Source: Anaeramoeba ignava BMAN
Lineage: Eukaryota; Protista; Anaeramoebae
Assembly (NCBI GenBank): GCA_028826165.1
Contig: JAPDFW010000064.1
Location: forward strand, 248,001-312,000
Direction: 5' to 3'
Length of the DNA stretch: 64,000 bases
Numbering within the stretch: position 1 is the first letter of the stretch; every line of letters begins with the position of its first letter. The notes below the pieces were generated by a model. It was not told the DNA's origin. It worked only from the letters and a program-made list of their open reading frames with translations, and did not search any database. Below are positions 24,722-39,097 of this stretch, in pieces. A program made the position numbers and the translations under genes.

Positions 24722-24875
24722 TCAATTTTTTTTATTTTTTTTATTTTTTTATTTTTGAAATTGGAATCAATTATTGGAAAAAGAAAGAAAGAAAGAAAGA
24801 ATGAAAAACTTTTTTTTGAAATGGAAATCATTTTGTATTTTGTATTTTGTATTTTGTTTTTCAATATTTGTAGAA

Positions 24876-26792
24876 TCAAAACGTATTTGAAGTTGCTTTT
24901 TCTGTTGATATCATCCAAGAACGAATATACAATAATTCAATTAACTAAATTATAAATAAGATCAAAAAATAAGAAAAGAAGTAAGAAAAACAAACAAAAA
25001 ATTTACAGGCATCATATATAAAGTACTCCATAAAAGAAGATTTCCACCAATTTCTCCATTAAAATAATTTCCCAAATAAGGTTGAATTTTAATCAAAGCT
25101 GCTTGGGAAAAAATAGCGAAGAAAAAGTAAGGTCTAAAAAGTTTAAAAGCTCCAGCCAAAACAAATTCATGGAAGAAGGCTGAGATGAGAAAAACGATCC
25201 AAACACTTGTTTCTTTTCTGAATTGGAGATCGTTAACGGAGTATTTATAAACATGTCTGAACAAAAACTTATGAACCAAAATATTCCAAGTTCTCCAAAA
25301 ATCTCTTATTGTGCAAGCATTAAACCATTTTCCATAAAAATATCGATCTCCATAGTATAAAATTTCACTCAGGAAATTTAGCCAACAATGAAAAAAAGCA
25401 TAAAAAATAAATAGCCAAGCTATTGTTGCTGGAGGAGATGCTCGAATTACGGTGAATAAAAAGTCGTTCATTAATGCCTCTTTTGTTAAAAGTGGTGCTA
25501 AATTATTTGCAAAAATGATATAAACTATGATTACACTTCCTAAAAAGAGAGCTAGTTCTTTTAATGCGTATTTTATTCTAATTTTTTCTGTTCTTGGAAA
25601 TTGGTCTTGATAAACAAGTGAAGGACATGCATAAAAATATACAAAATTTTGGAAATTTTTCCATATGCTTTGGTTTAGTTCATTTTTCTCGTTTATTTCT
25701 TTTGTGTTTTTTTTCTTGTGATTTTTTGGATAAGTAAATGAATAGGAAAATGTTTTGAAGATTTGGATAGTTGTAACAAGACCAAGGAAAGCTCTTGAAA
25801 CTATATTTAATTTTAAATTTAAATTTTAATTTGAATTTTAATTTGATTTAATTTTAATTTGAATTTGATTTTGATTTGAATTTAAATTTAATTTGATTTT
25901 AAATTTGAATTTAATTTGAATTTTAATTTTAATTTTTATTTTGATTTGAATTTGAATTTTAATTTTAATTTTAATTTGAATTTGAATTTGATTTTGAATT
26001 TGATTTTGAATTTGATTTTGAATTTTAATTTGAATTTGGATTTGAATTTGAATTTTAATTTTAATTTTAATTTGAATTTTAATTTGAATTTAATTTGAAT
26101 TTTAATTTGATTTTGATTTTTATTTTAATTTGAATTTTAATTTGATTTTAAATTTGAATTTAGATTTTAATTTTAATTTTAATTTGAATTTAATTTTAAT
26201 TTGAATTTGAATTTGAATTTGAATTTGAATTTTAATTTGAATTTGAATTTGATTTTGAATTTGATTTTGAAATTGGATTTGAATTTGAAATAGGATTTGA
26301 ATTGAACAAACATGGATCTAATGGTAATTTTAAAATAGAAATTATATGTGAACCAATAACACTAAATTCAGCTATTAAATATAAGAAAATATAAAGAAAA
26401 CGAGAAATAATTTTTTTTAGAAATAATTGTTTCAATAAAAACATCAAGAATGAAATTAAAGCTTCAATCGTAATAACAGCAAAAAGATATGGATAATTTT
26501 TTAAAACTATAAACAAATATTTCCATTCAACAATTTTTCCTTCTTCTCGATATTTTGTAATTATAAGTCCAAGAACAATAAAAAAAACTCCACAAAGAGA
26601 TAGATTTAACATTCCTCTTGGAACAACATTTTGAATTTCCATTTTTTCTAATAATGGAACTAATTCTGGTTCAAAAGTTTTTCTAGGTTTTAATGGATGT
26701 TTTTTATTAATTCTTTTTTTTACATTTGAATTTTTATTTTCATTTTCATTTTCATTAGGATTTTCATTAAGATTTTCATTTTGAATTTTCAT
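24876..26792 (-). CDS. MBOAT acyltransferase of the DGAT1/sterol O-acyltransferase family, 3 exons
   Basis: PSLVYQDQFPRT, FYAFFHCWLN, GDRYFY, WRTWNILVH, SAFFHE (catalytic His). Introns at ~26311..25801 and ~25007..24945. Confidence 0.9.
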
Positions 26793-26904
26793 TTTGAAAA
26801 ATTTTTTTAACAAAAGAAAAAAATGAAAAAAAAATGAAAAGAGAAATTGGAATTTATTCTCAAAAGAAAAAGCAAAAAAAATTTTTCCAATAAATTTAAA
26901 TTAA

Positions 26905-28790
26905 AAAAAATAAAATTATTAATCCAAAAATTTAAATAAATAATAAATAAAATTATTAATCTAAAAATTGAAATAAATAATAAAATTCTTAATCTAAAAA
27001 TTGAAATAAATAATTAATAAAATTATTAATCTAAAAATTGAAATAAATAATAAAATTATTAATCTAAAAATTGAAATAAATAATAAATAAAATTATTAAT
27101 CCAAAAATTGAAATAAATAATAAATAAGATTATTAATCCAAAAATTGAAATAATTTATAAAATTATTAATCCAAAAATTGAAATAAATAATTAATAAAAT
27201 TATTAATCCAAAAATTGAAATAAATAATAAATAAAATTCTTAATCTAAAAAATTGAAATAAATAAGATTATTAATCCAAAAATTGAAATAAATAAAATTA
27301 TTAATCCAAAAATTGAAATAATTTATAAAATTATTAATCTAAAAATTGAAATAAACAATTAATAAAATTATTAATCCAAAAATTGAAATAATTTATAAAA
27401 TTATTAATCTAAAAATTTAAATAAATAATAAATAAAATTATTAATCTAAAAATTGAAATAAATAATAAATAAAATTCTTAATCTAAAAATTGAAATAAAT
27501 AAGATTATTAATCCAAAAATTGAAATAAATAAGATTATTAATCCAAAAATTGAAATAAATAAGATTATTAATCCAAAAATTGAAATAAATAAAATTATTA
27601 ATCCAAAAATTGAAATAATTTATAAAATTATTAATCTAAAAATTGAAATAAATAATAAATAAAATTATTAATCCAAAAATTGAAATAAATAATAAATAAA
27701 ATTATTAATCCAAAAATTGAAATAAATAATAAATAAAATTATTAATCCAAAAATTGAAAGAAATAATTAATAAAATTATTAATCCAAAAATTGAAATAAA
27801 TAATTAATAAAATTATTAATCCAAAAATTGAAATAAATAATTAATAAAATTATTAATCCAAAAATTGAAATAAATAATTAATAAAATTATTAATCCAAAA
27901 ATTGAAATAAATAATAAATAAGATTATTAATCCAAAAATTGAAATAAATAATTAATAAAATTATTAATCCAAAAATTGAAATAAATAATAAATAAAATTA
28001 TTAATCCAAAAATTGAAATAAATAATAAATAAAATTATTAATCCAAAAATTGAAATAAATAATAAATAAAATTATTAATCCAAAAATTGAAAGAAATAAT
28101 TAATAAAATTCTTAATCCAAAAATTGAAATAATTTATAAGATTATTAATCTAAAAATTGAAATAAATAATTAATAAAATTATTAATCCAAAAATTGAAAT
28201 AAATAATAAATAAAATTATTAATCCAAAAATTGAAATAATTAATTAATAAAATTATTAATCTAAAAATTGAAATAAATAATTAATAAAATTCTTAATCCA
28301 AAAATTGAAATAAATAATAAATAAAATTCTTAATCCAAAAATTGAAATAAATAATAAATAAAATTATTAATCTAAAAATTGAAATAAATAATAAATAAAA
28401 TTATTAATCTAAAAAATTGAAATAATTTATAAAATTATTAATCCAAAAATTGAAATAATTAATTAATAAAATTATTAATCTAAAAATTGAAATAAACAAT
28501 TAATAAAATTATTAATCTAAAAATTGAAATAAATAATAAATAAAATTATTAATCCAAAAATTGAAATAAATAATTAATAAAATTATTAATCCAAAAATTG
28601 AAATAATTAATAAATAAAATTATTAATCCAAAAATTGAAATAATTAATAAATAAAATTATTAATCCAAAAATTGAAATAAATAATTAATAAAATTATTAA
28701 TCCAAAAATTGAAATAAATAATTAATAAAATTATTAATCCAAAAATTGAAATAATTTATAAGATTATTAATCTAAAAAATTGAAATAAAT
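26905..28790. repeat. ~1.9-kb minisatellite, ~30-38-bp unit (AAATTATTAATCYAAAAATTGAAATAAATAAWTAATA)
   Basis: Directly visible; fills the divergent intergenic region between the MBOAT and PGDH genes. Confidence 0.92.
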
Positions 28791-28991
28791 AAGACATTTT
28801 TTTTTTGCTTTTTTTTTATTTAAAAATTAAAAAGAAAAAAAATTTTTTTTTTGATTTTTTTTTTTCATTTTTCAATTTTAAAAAATAGTTTGTTTGTTAT
28901 AGAAAAAATAAAAATAAAATTAAAAAAAATTTAAATTAAAATAACACTCTCATTTTGTTTTTTTTAAAACAAAAATTTAATTAATTTAGAA

Positions 28992-30599
28992 ATGTCATTA
29001 AAAGTTTTAATTGCAGATAAAGTCGATCAGCAAGTTCTTGATGGAATTAAAGCATTAGGATGTGAAGTTACATCAAATGCAGGAATTAGTGCAGATCAAC
29101 TTCCAAATGAGATTAAAGGATTTGATATTTTAATTGTACGATCAACAAGAGTTACAGCTGATACAATTAACAATAGTGATTTGAAAATGGTTATTCGAGC
29201 TGGAGCTGGAGTGGATACAATAGATATTGATGCAGCAACAAAAAAAGGAGTTTTTGTTTGCAATACACCTGGGTAAGTTTAATATTTAGAAAATATTAAA
29301 ATGATTAAAAATTTTTTATTCTTTTTTTTTTATTCGTTTTTTTTTGCTTTTTTCTGAATTTTGAACTATTAAATATAAATATAAATATTATTTTTTAATC
29401 TAAAATAGATTTATATTTGATTCAAGTTTACCATTATTTTTTGGATTGATTTAAAATTAATATTAATATTAAAATTCATTTATAAAATTAAAATCAAATT
29501 TAAAATTCATTTATAAAATTAAAATTAAAATTAAAATTAAAATTAAAATTAAAATTAAAATTAAAATTAATTTAAAATTAAAATTAAAATTAAAATTAAA
29601 ATCAAATTTAAAATTAAAATTAAAATTAAAAATTATAATTAAAATTAAAATTCATTTTTAAAATTAAAATTAAAATCAAAAATAAAATCAAAATCAAAAT
29701 CAAAAATTAAAATTAATATTCATTTATAAAATTAAAATTAATATTCATTTATAAAATTAAAATTAAAATCAAAATCAAAAATTAAAATTAAAATTAAAAT
29801 CAAAAATTAAAATTAAAATTAAAATTAAAATTAAAATTAGAATCAAAATTTAAAATTAAATTTAATTTCATTTATAAAATTGATATAAAATAGAGCAAAT
29901 GGTTCTGCAGTTGCTGAATTAGTTGTTGGAATGTTAATTTGTTGTGATCGAAAAATTGCAGAAACAACAAGCAGATTAAAATCAGGAGAATGGTGCAAAA
30001 CATCATTTCAAGATTCATTAGGAATTAGAGGACGAACACTTGGAATCATTGGATTAGGACAAATTGGAAGAATGGTTGCATTAACCTGTCAAGCCATGGG
30101 AATGAACATAGTTTCGTATGATAAGTACGTTTCAAAAGAAGTAATGGATTCATTGAATGTAGGATTTTGTGAATCAGTTGAAGAAATGCTTCCTAAAATT
30201 GATGCATTAACACTTCACACAGTTTTGACTGATGAAACCAGACACATGCTCAACAAGAAAACATTCGCGATGATGAAAGACGGATGCATTATCATCAACG
30301 CTTCAAGAGGAGAAGTTATTAATCAAGAAGATCTCGTCGAAGCAATTAAAACTAAACATCTTAAGGTCGCTTTGGATGTCTTTGAAAATGAACCTCCTGC
30401 TAACGGAAAGGATTTCTCAACTCATAAGGAACTTACTTCTCTTCTTACTTGCTGCACTCCTCATATTGGTGCTTCTACTAAACAAGCTGCTGAAATGGTT
30501 GGTGTTCATACTGTTGAAATTGTCGAATTTTTCGTCAAGAATTCTAATACTCCTCCTCCTAGAAATGTCGTAAACAGAGAACTTCTTGAGAAGAAATAA
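28992..30599 (+). CDS. serA: D-3-phosphoglycerate dehydrogenase-like D-2-hydroxyacid dehydrogenase, short type without ACT/ASB domain (intron 29274-29893)
   Basis: IVRST, RAGAGVDTID, NTPGANGSAVAE, GLGQIG, INASRG, ALDVFENEP, TPHIGAST. Confidence 0.88.
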
Positions 30600-30839
30600 G
30601 CTTTAAAACCTTTTCTTTTCTTTTCTTTTCTTTTCTTTTCTTTTCTTTTTTTTTTAGTCTTTTTTTTCAAAACAAATTCAATTCAATTCTTTTCAATTCT
30701 TTCCAATTCTTTTAAGAAAGAAAATCAATTCAGAACAAATTCAAAACAAATTCAAAACAAATTCAAAAATCAAATTATTTCTTTTTTATTTTAATTTGTT
30801 GCAATCTATTTTGTAAAAAAAAAAGAAAAAAAAGAATTA

Positions 30840-33570
30840 TTATTTTTTGAAAACTTCAGACCATTTAAATTGAGATTGATTTGCTTGAACATTTTGATTT
30901 TGATTTTGATTTTCATTTTGATTTTGATTTTGATTTTGATTTTGATTTTGATTTTCATTTTGATTTTCACTTTCACTTTTTTACTTTCACTTTCACTTTG
31001 ATTTTCATTTTCATTTTGATTTTCATTTTCATTTTCATTTTCATTTTCATTTTGATTTTCATTTTCATTTTCATTTTCATTTTCATTTTCATTTTCATTT
31101 TCATTTTCATTTTCATTTTCATTTTCATCTTCTTCATAATCATATTCATTTCCATCTTCGTTATAACCATATTCATCTTCTTTTTGATAATTTTTATCTT
31201 CATCATTTCCTCTAATCTGATCTTCACCATCTTCAAAAGGAGGAGGAACAAAATAAGGAAGTTTACCACGTTGAAAATCATTCAAAATCATTTTTGCACA
31301 AGTATTTAAATCAGGCTCAGCACCTTTCAATAACCTTCCTGATTTAAATGCCAATTTAGCAAGAAAATCTAAATAATCAGTCCATTCTAAAATTCCATAA
31401 GTTTTTTGAATATATTCTTTTTTAACTCTTTTTAAAACATCTTCAATATAATCAACAACAACACCAGCATTTTCAACTCTAACAACACCTTTAAGTATAA
31501 TATCAGCCTCAGAATCATTTGAAGGATAAACAACACCAGGACAATCTATTAAAAAGATTCTTCTCATTAATGTAATATATTGCCAAACTTTAGTTTCTCC
31601 AGGAATTGGTGCAACTAAATATTAAAAATAAAAATTAAATAAAAATAATTTATAATTAAATTAAATATTAAAATTATAATTAAAATAATTTACCTTTGCA
31701 AACTTTTTTACTTCTAAGTGTATTAATTATGGAAGACTTTCCTACATTTGGATATCCAATAAATCCTACAGAAATTTGTTGTTTATCTTCATGAAGTTTA
31801 GCAAATTGTTGTAATAATCTAATCAATCCTCCTTTACCAAATGGATTTGTTAAACTTGCATGAAAAGCTAATGTTGGAAATTCTTTTGATAAAACTTTAA
31901 TCCATTGTTTCTAAAATTATGATTAAAGATTTATTTTGTTTAAATAAAGTTTAGAAATATATTTTTAAATTTAAAATATATTTTTAAATTGAAATATATT
32001 TTTAAATTGAAATATATTTTTAAATTGAAATATATTTTTAAATTGAAATATATTTTTAAAATGAAATATATTTTTAAATTGAAATATATTTATAAATTGA
32101 AATATATTTTTAAATTTAAAATATATTTTTAAATTGAAATATATTTTTAAAATTGAAATATAATTTTAAAATTGAAATATATTTTTAAATTGAAATGAAA
32201 TATTTTTTTATTTTTAAATTAAAATATATTTTTAAATTGAAATATATTTTTAAATTGAAATATATTTTTAAATTGAAATATATTTTTAAATTATTTTTAA
32301 AATTAAATTGAAATATTTTTAAATTGAAATATATTTTTAAATTAAAATATATTTTTAAATTAAAATATTTTTAATTGGAATTTTAAATTGAAATATATTT
32401 TTAAATTGGAATATATTTTTAAATTGAAATATATTTTTAAATTGAAATATAATTTTAAATTGAAATATAATTTTAAATTGAAATATATTTTTAAATTGAA
32501 ATATATTTTAAATTGAAATATATTTTTAAATTAAAATATATTTTTAAATTGAAATATATTTTTAAATTGAAATATATTTACAGTTGCCCAAACAGGAACC
32601 AAATCACATTTATTAAGAAGAAGAATAAAATGTTTATGAGGAGCATTTTTCTTAATAAAATTTTCAATATATTTTGTACGTGTTCCCATTGGATCTCTAG
32701 CATCAATTACTTGAATAAGAACATCACTACTATCAATAACTTTATGCAATTCCCCCCAAATACGTTTTGATTGACCTTTTTCAAAAATAGGTTTTGATTT
32801 AGCTTTCTTTTCATCTTCTTCACGAACAATATTTGGATCATTTTCAGCCAAATATTTTTCTTTTTTTTTTAAAATAAATATTAAATTAAATATTAAATTA
32901 AATATTAAATTAAAATAAATATTAAATTAAATTAAATATTAAAATAAATATTAAATTAAATATTAAATATTAAACCTTGTGCTTTTTCTGCATTTTGAAT
33001 TAATTCTTCATATGAAAAACTTGAAATATGTGGCTTTTTAAGTCGTTTTTTAGAAGAAAAAACTTCTTCAAAAGTTTGTGATTTTAAAAGATTCATTTTT
33101 CGATCTTTTGATTTTTCAGGTTCTTTAACTAATCCTAAAGGAATCTTCTTCCTTCTCAATATAACACTAAAAGGATCATTCATTTGCTGAGAAACTGCTT
33201 CTCTAAATTCTGTAAGTTCTTTTTGACCGACTTTTATTGATAATTATTATTTCAAAAAAAATTTTTTTTTTAAATTTTTTTTTTAAATTTTTTTTTTAAT
33301 TTTTTTTTTCTTACTTGTTCTTGTGTTTTCAAACCATCTTGGATCAGGTTGAATACGCGCTTCTTCGACTCTAGGTGTTTTACTCATAAATGCGCCGCTT
33401 GTAATCTCTCCTCTCTTATTTCTAGATGGTTTTGATCTATACATATTAAGTCTTTTTATTGTTGTTTTATCACGTAATTTTGAACCTTTTTTCTTCACTT
33501 TAGTAGGATCTCGATCAGGATTTGTACTTGAATTTGATTTTTTACGTTTATTTTTATGGAATGTTGACAT
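30840..33570 (-). CDS. NOG2: Nucleolar GTPase Nog2/GNL2, 5 exons; frameshift in the (EN)n tail near 30980
   Basis: NGP1NT ([16 protein letters not shown]), [43 protein letters not shown]. Likely true end ..FKWSEVFKK* at 30840. Confidence 0.95.
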
Positions 33571-33649
33571 TTAAAATTTAAATGAAAAAAAGAAAAAAAT
33601 GAAAAAAAAAAATGAAAAAAAAAGAAAAAAATTTTTTTTTGAATTGATT

Positions 33650-34846
33650 TTATTTATAAAGAATTTTTTCATGACAAATAGTTGGCCCAAATTCATCATA
33701 TTCTTCTTTTGAAATCCATCTATTTTGAAAAGTTGTAAGTGAGGATAAAATTGAACCGCCAATCCAAACTGAATATTTTCTTTCAGGCGGAGTAATTATT
33801 TTAAGAGTTGTTGTTTTTGGGATTAATAACGATATTTCTTTTTCCAATCTTTCAGAAATTCCATTAAACATTGATGAACCACCTGATAGAACAATGTTAT
33901 TGAAAAGATCTTTTCTATTGTGAATTGGAGATTTCATGATTGATTCATAAATCATTTTGTGGATTGGAATTATCTCATCCATTCCTACAAGATCTGGTTG
34001 GAATAAAGCTTCAGTGCATTTAAAACGACTCTCATTTAATTGAATAGTTTTTGAGTTTGGTAGTTCATAACTTAAATGGAGAGAACAAGATTCACGCGAT
34101 ATTTTCAATTCTTTCTCAAAATCCAAAGCAACATAACATGTTTTTTCTTTGATATCCCTGACAATTTCTCTTTCAGCAGTTGTTGGAAAGTAAGAAGACG
34201 AATCACACAAAATTTCTGTCAAAAATTCAGTTAAAATTCTTCCTGATAAATTTGTTCTAAAAATGGAATTTTTTGAAAAAAAACCCTCATAAATTGATAT
34301 ACAAGTTGTAATTCCTTCTCCAGACGAGAGAACAGTCCCAGTTGTTCTTCCACTGGCCATCAATGCAAGCACAAGATCAAGAGCAATATAAGTTGCAGGT
34401 GTGTTAAATGTTTCGAACATAATTTGTATATATTTCTCTTTTTGACGCAAAGAAGTAAAAGGGGGATTTGTTAATAAAATGGGATGTTCTTCTGGAGCAA
34501 CACACAATTCGTTATAGAAACTATGATGCCAAATTTTTTCCATATCATCCCAATCAGTTACTGTTCCGAATTCAATCGGATATTTAATTGTCAAAATCCC
34601 CCTTTTGGATTGTGCTTCATCTCCGACATAAGAATCTTTTTGTCCCATTCCTACCATCACTCCTAAATACCGTGGCCTTCCAACAATGCCTGGGAAAACT
34701 GCTCTTGGTGCATCATCTCCTCCAAACCCTGCTTTTATCATTCCCGATCCATTATCAATAACTAATGCAGCAACATCGTTATAACTGTCATCACTAAGAA
34801 AATCTAATTGTGAGTTTTCATTATAATAAAAATTTGGGTTGAACAT
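33650..34846 (-). CDS. Divergent actin-like protein (intronless)
   Basis: [58 protein letters not shown]; central region diverged. Confidence 0.93.
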   Translation of the reverse strand: MFNPNFYYNENSQLDFLSDDSYNDVAALVIDNGSGMIKAGFGGDDAPRAVFPGIVGRPRYLGVMVGMGQKDSYVGDEAQSKRGILTIKYPIEFGTVTDWDDMEKIWHHSFYNELCVAPEEHPILLTNPPFTSLRQKEKYIQIMFETFNTPATYIALDLVLALMASGRTTGTVLSSGEGITTCISIYEGFFSKNSIFRTNLSGRILTEFLTEILCDSSSYFPTTAEREIVRDIKEKTCYVALDFEKELKISRESCSLHLSYELPNSKTIQLNESRFKCTEALFQPDLVGMDEIIPIHKMIYESIMKSPIHNRKDLFNNIVLSGGSSMFNGISERLEKEISLLIPKTTTLKIITPPERKYSVWIGGSILSSLTTFQNRWISKEEYDEFGPTICHEKILYK

Positions 34847-35006
34847 TTCAAATTGAATAAGATAATATTAACTTAAAAAAAAAAGTGAAAGAAAAAAAAT
34901 GAAAAAAGCAAATTTGAAAGAAAAAAAAGTTAGAAAAAGTTTTTTTGTTTTTTCTTTGTTTTAAAAAAAGTTTCTAAATAGTAAATTTAAAAAGAAAAAA
35001 AGGAAA

Positions 35007-38000
35007 CTAATTCAAATCAAAGCGTTTTCCTAAATCTTCTTTCATTCTTGGATGAAGAGAAGAAAACAAAGAGTTCCATTGAGAATGATTTTGAAGTTCA
35101 GATTTAAATGAATGCAAAATAGTATAAAAAGCTTGATTAAGTTCAACAGAAGGATTTGTATAAGAAAGAATAGCATCACAAAAATAAACGAAGTTAGAAA
35201 CAGTAACATCGGGATTAATTTGAGCGAGATTACAAAGCCCGCGGTAAGCGGTTTCCTTTTCTTTAGGAATTTCAATTGAGCGGAGAGTAACGGACCAATT
35301 CTCCAAAAATTCCTGAAGACGCGAAGCCATTTGTTGAGGGAAGGTAAGACTTAATCTGCCTATTGTGATGGAGACGCTTTCAATCACGCTGCGACTTTGC
35401 GACAACTTGTTGATGATCTGAACCAAATAAGAAATTATTTCATCCAACTTGGATTCGATACTGTCAGGCAGATTCATTGCCAATTCGCCAATAACCCAAG
35501 ACGCATTCTGGGAAACAAAGATATAAGAGGGATCCAAAAGATGAATCAAGAGAGGGAGAAGTTCGGGTACTTGGGGTAGAATGATTTTTGGGAACGAGGA
35601 AATTGTTGCGCCAAGTAATGCAAGTGTGCTTTGTCTTGTTTCGGATTTGATATCTTTAAGAAGATATGGGATCATCTGAGTAAAATGACTATCGAGTATC
35701 ATTTTCTGAATCTCTGGATTTCCGGGCAAACCCTCAATTATCGAACCTATAAGCTCCAATGAGGAGTTCAAGAATCCTTGATCAGGAATAAATCCTTTGA
35801 AAGTCTCTTCTTTTGATTGCGCAGCCATTTGATAAGTATTGAGTATTTCTTCGATGACATTCATACACCGCGTGAAAAAAGGTTGAGCAAAAGGAAGGAA
35901 TCCTTGTTTCAAAGATACCGCCAAAGTGCTAAAAGTTTCGAAAATCGCAATCAGTTCAAAATCAAAATCTTTCAACTTCTCCCACTGTTTAATAAGCGGA
36001 TCCATTAGAAGCTCAATATATTCTTGCTTGTTTAATTCCTCTCCTGCTGTTTCCGCAACACAGGATATCAAAACATATAAATACGTCCTGTTTTTTTGGT
36101 TATATTTTCTCAACGCTTGGTTCAAAACTTGCAAAATATCGTTGAGAAAAGGAATAATTTTTTTTCCCGAATAAACAATGAAACTGTTTAATGAAGAGCA
36201 AGCAGCATATTGAACTCTTCTTTGCTGGCTAAGTGAACAAGACAGAAAACCTTCCAAAACCGATTGGAAAATTTGTTCATTTGAATTTTGATTTTGATTT
36301 TCATTTTGATTTTGATTTTGATTTTCATTTTGATTTTGATTTTGATTTTGAATTTTCACTTGGAAAATCCACAATCCATTCTGAATATCTTGATATTGTC
36401 CAGCATGTTATACTTGATAATAACGGATTCTCGTTTTTCATCAACGGAATCAAAAAAGTCAAGACTTGATTCAGAGATGAAATCATTCCGGAATAACATC
36501 CCGGTGCAATTGCTCCCAAGGCAAGCACTGCAGCTTCTTGCACTATCCAATTCTCATTTTGCAGATTTGTTTCCAGATGTGAGAGTAAGTATTGCAGAAG
36601 ATCATCTGCGAAAATATAAGATAATGTCTCAAGTGCGTTTGCTGATGATTTTCTTAAATTCCATTTTCCTTGAGACTCGTTTGTGTAATCGTAGTCTGCT
36701 TTTCCAAAATCATCATCGCTTTGTGTTTCTTTTTCTTGATCAAATTTCAATTCTTGTTGGTTTTGGTTTTGATTTTGTTCAGGATTTTCGATTTCTCCTG
36801 TTTCTATATATTCCTCTATTTCATTTTCTGTAAAAATCATTTTTTGAAGTAAAAGTGGAACAAGATCATTCATAAAAGGTGTTAAAAGTGTCATTGCATC
36901 TTCAACATCTTCAAAAAATGACCAAAATTCACATGCTTCAAGTGCCAATTCTGGGCTTTCATCTTGTGTTGTTATCAACATATATTGAATTACATCTCCA
37001 ATAAATGGAAGTAAATAAGCTGTTCTAATTTTCAATAATAAGCAAAATACTCTACAAACTCTTTTTCTTATTTCTATTGATTCATCTTGAGCTATTTTAA
37101 AAACGTTCTAAATTTTAATTTTAAATTTAATTTTATAAATGAATTTAATTTTAATTTTAATTTTAAATTTAATTTTATAAATGAATTTTAATTTTAGTTT
37201 TAATTTTAAATTTAATTTTAATTTTAATTTTAATTTTAATTTTAATTTTAAATTTAATTTTATAAATGAATTTTAATTTTAATTTTAATTTTAAATTTTA
37301 ATTTTAATTTTAATTTTAATTTTAAATTTTAATTTTAGTTTTAATTTTAATTTAAATTTTAATTTTAATTTTAAATTTAAATTTTAATTTTAATTTTAAT
37401 TTTAATTTTAATTTTAATTTTAATTTTAATTTTAATTTTTAATTTTAATTTTAACTTGAATAAATTGATCCATTATTGTTATAAGTTCTCCTGGCATCAA
37501 CATAAGTAATTCAATAAAAGAAGATAATGAAAGAATTCTAAATCTTTCATTTGAATGGAAAAAGAATACTAATAATTTTGGAAGAATAACTTCCAAATCT
37601 ACTTCAAGAAAATCAGTTTCATATTCATTTGAATTTTCTTCACAAAGTTTATGAAAACAATCTAATGCTCCATCAACTGCAAATTCAGAATCATTTTCAA
37701 GTAATTCTGCTAAATAATTAACAAGATTTGGCCAATTATGAAATCCATACTATTAAAGAATTTAGAAATTATAAATGAATTTGAAATTGTAATTGAATTT
37801 GAAATTGTAATTGAATTTGAAATTATAATTGAAATTAATATAAAAATTGAAATTATAATTAATATAGAAATTATAATTAAATTTGAAATTATAATTAAAT
37901 TTGAAATTATAATTAAATTTAAAATTAAAATTGAATTTGAAATTATAATTAAATTTGAAATTATAATTAAATTTGAAATTAAAATTGAATTTGAAATTAT

Positions 38001-38754
38001 AATTTAAATTTGGAATTATAATTTAAATTTGAAATTATAATTAAAATTAATATTAAAATTGAATTTGAAATTATAATTAAATTTGAAATTAAAATTAAAT
38101 TTGAAATTAAATTTGAAATTAAAATTAAATTTGAAATTAAAATTAAATTTGAAATTATAATTAAATTTGAAATTAAAATTAAAATTGAAATTAAAATTAA
38201 AATTGAAATTATAATTAAAATTGAAATTATAATTAAATTTGAAATTATAATTTAAATTTGGAATTATAATTTAAATTTGAAATTATAATTAAAATTAATA
38301 TTAAAATTAAAATTAAAATTATAATTAAATTTGAAATTATAATTAAAATTAATATAAAAATTGAATTTGAAATTATAATTGAAATGCTACCTACATTATA
38401 AGTAATATTTGAAATAACAATGCCACAAGTGGTTCTAATTTTAATATTTTCATCCATTAAACCAAATACAAGTTGATGTTTAACATATTCTAAAATTTGA
38501 GTTAAAAATTCTTTGGGAGTTTTTCTTAGATTATTTTTAAGTGTTAATCCTGCAAATTGTCGATTCATCATTGATTCTTGTTTTAATTGAACTAAGACAA
38601 ATACAAAATAATTATTTAAATCAACTAATGTTTGATTTAATTGCTCTAAATCTTGAAGAACTCTTAATTGTGTTTCTGTATTTCCTTGTTGCATATTAAT
38701 TAGCAAATTATGTATTTCTAAAAGTGTTTTTTCATCTGGATTCCAATCAGTCAT
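35007..38754 (-). CDS. TNPO1: Transportin-1/karyopherin beta-2, 3 exons; +1 frameshift near 36348
   Basis: N-terminal MTDWNPD, RQFAGLTLKN, ALEACEFW, acidic H8 loop then WNLRKSSANALE, EAAVLALGAIA, CWTISRYS, VQYAACS. Introns ~38394..37750 and ~37455..37108. Confidence 0.93.
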
Positions 38755-39097
38755 TCTTAATTAAAAAAAAAGTAATTGGAAAAAAGAAAAAAATGAATTT
38801 TTCAATTTTTCAATTTTTCAATTTTTTTGGTTTTTTTTTGGTTTAAAAATCCTAATAAAATAATCAAAATGGCAAAAAATAAATGTTTTAATTTTTTTTT
38901 TAAAGAGATTTTTTCAATTCTTATTTTTTTCTTTCTTGTAATTTTTTTGTTAAAAAAGAAAAAAGCAAAAAAAAAAAAAATAAATGAAATTTGTTATTCT
39001 TTTTGTTTCTTTCAATTCAATGAGCAAAATTTAATAATTAAATTCCATAAAAATTTAAAAAAAAAAAAGAATATTTTCTGAATTTAAAATTTTTGGA

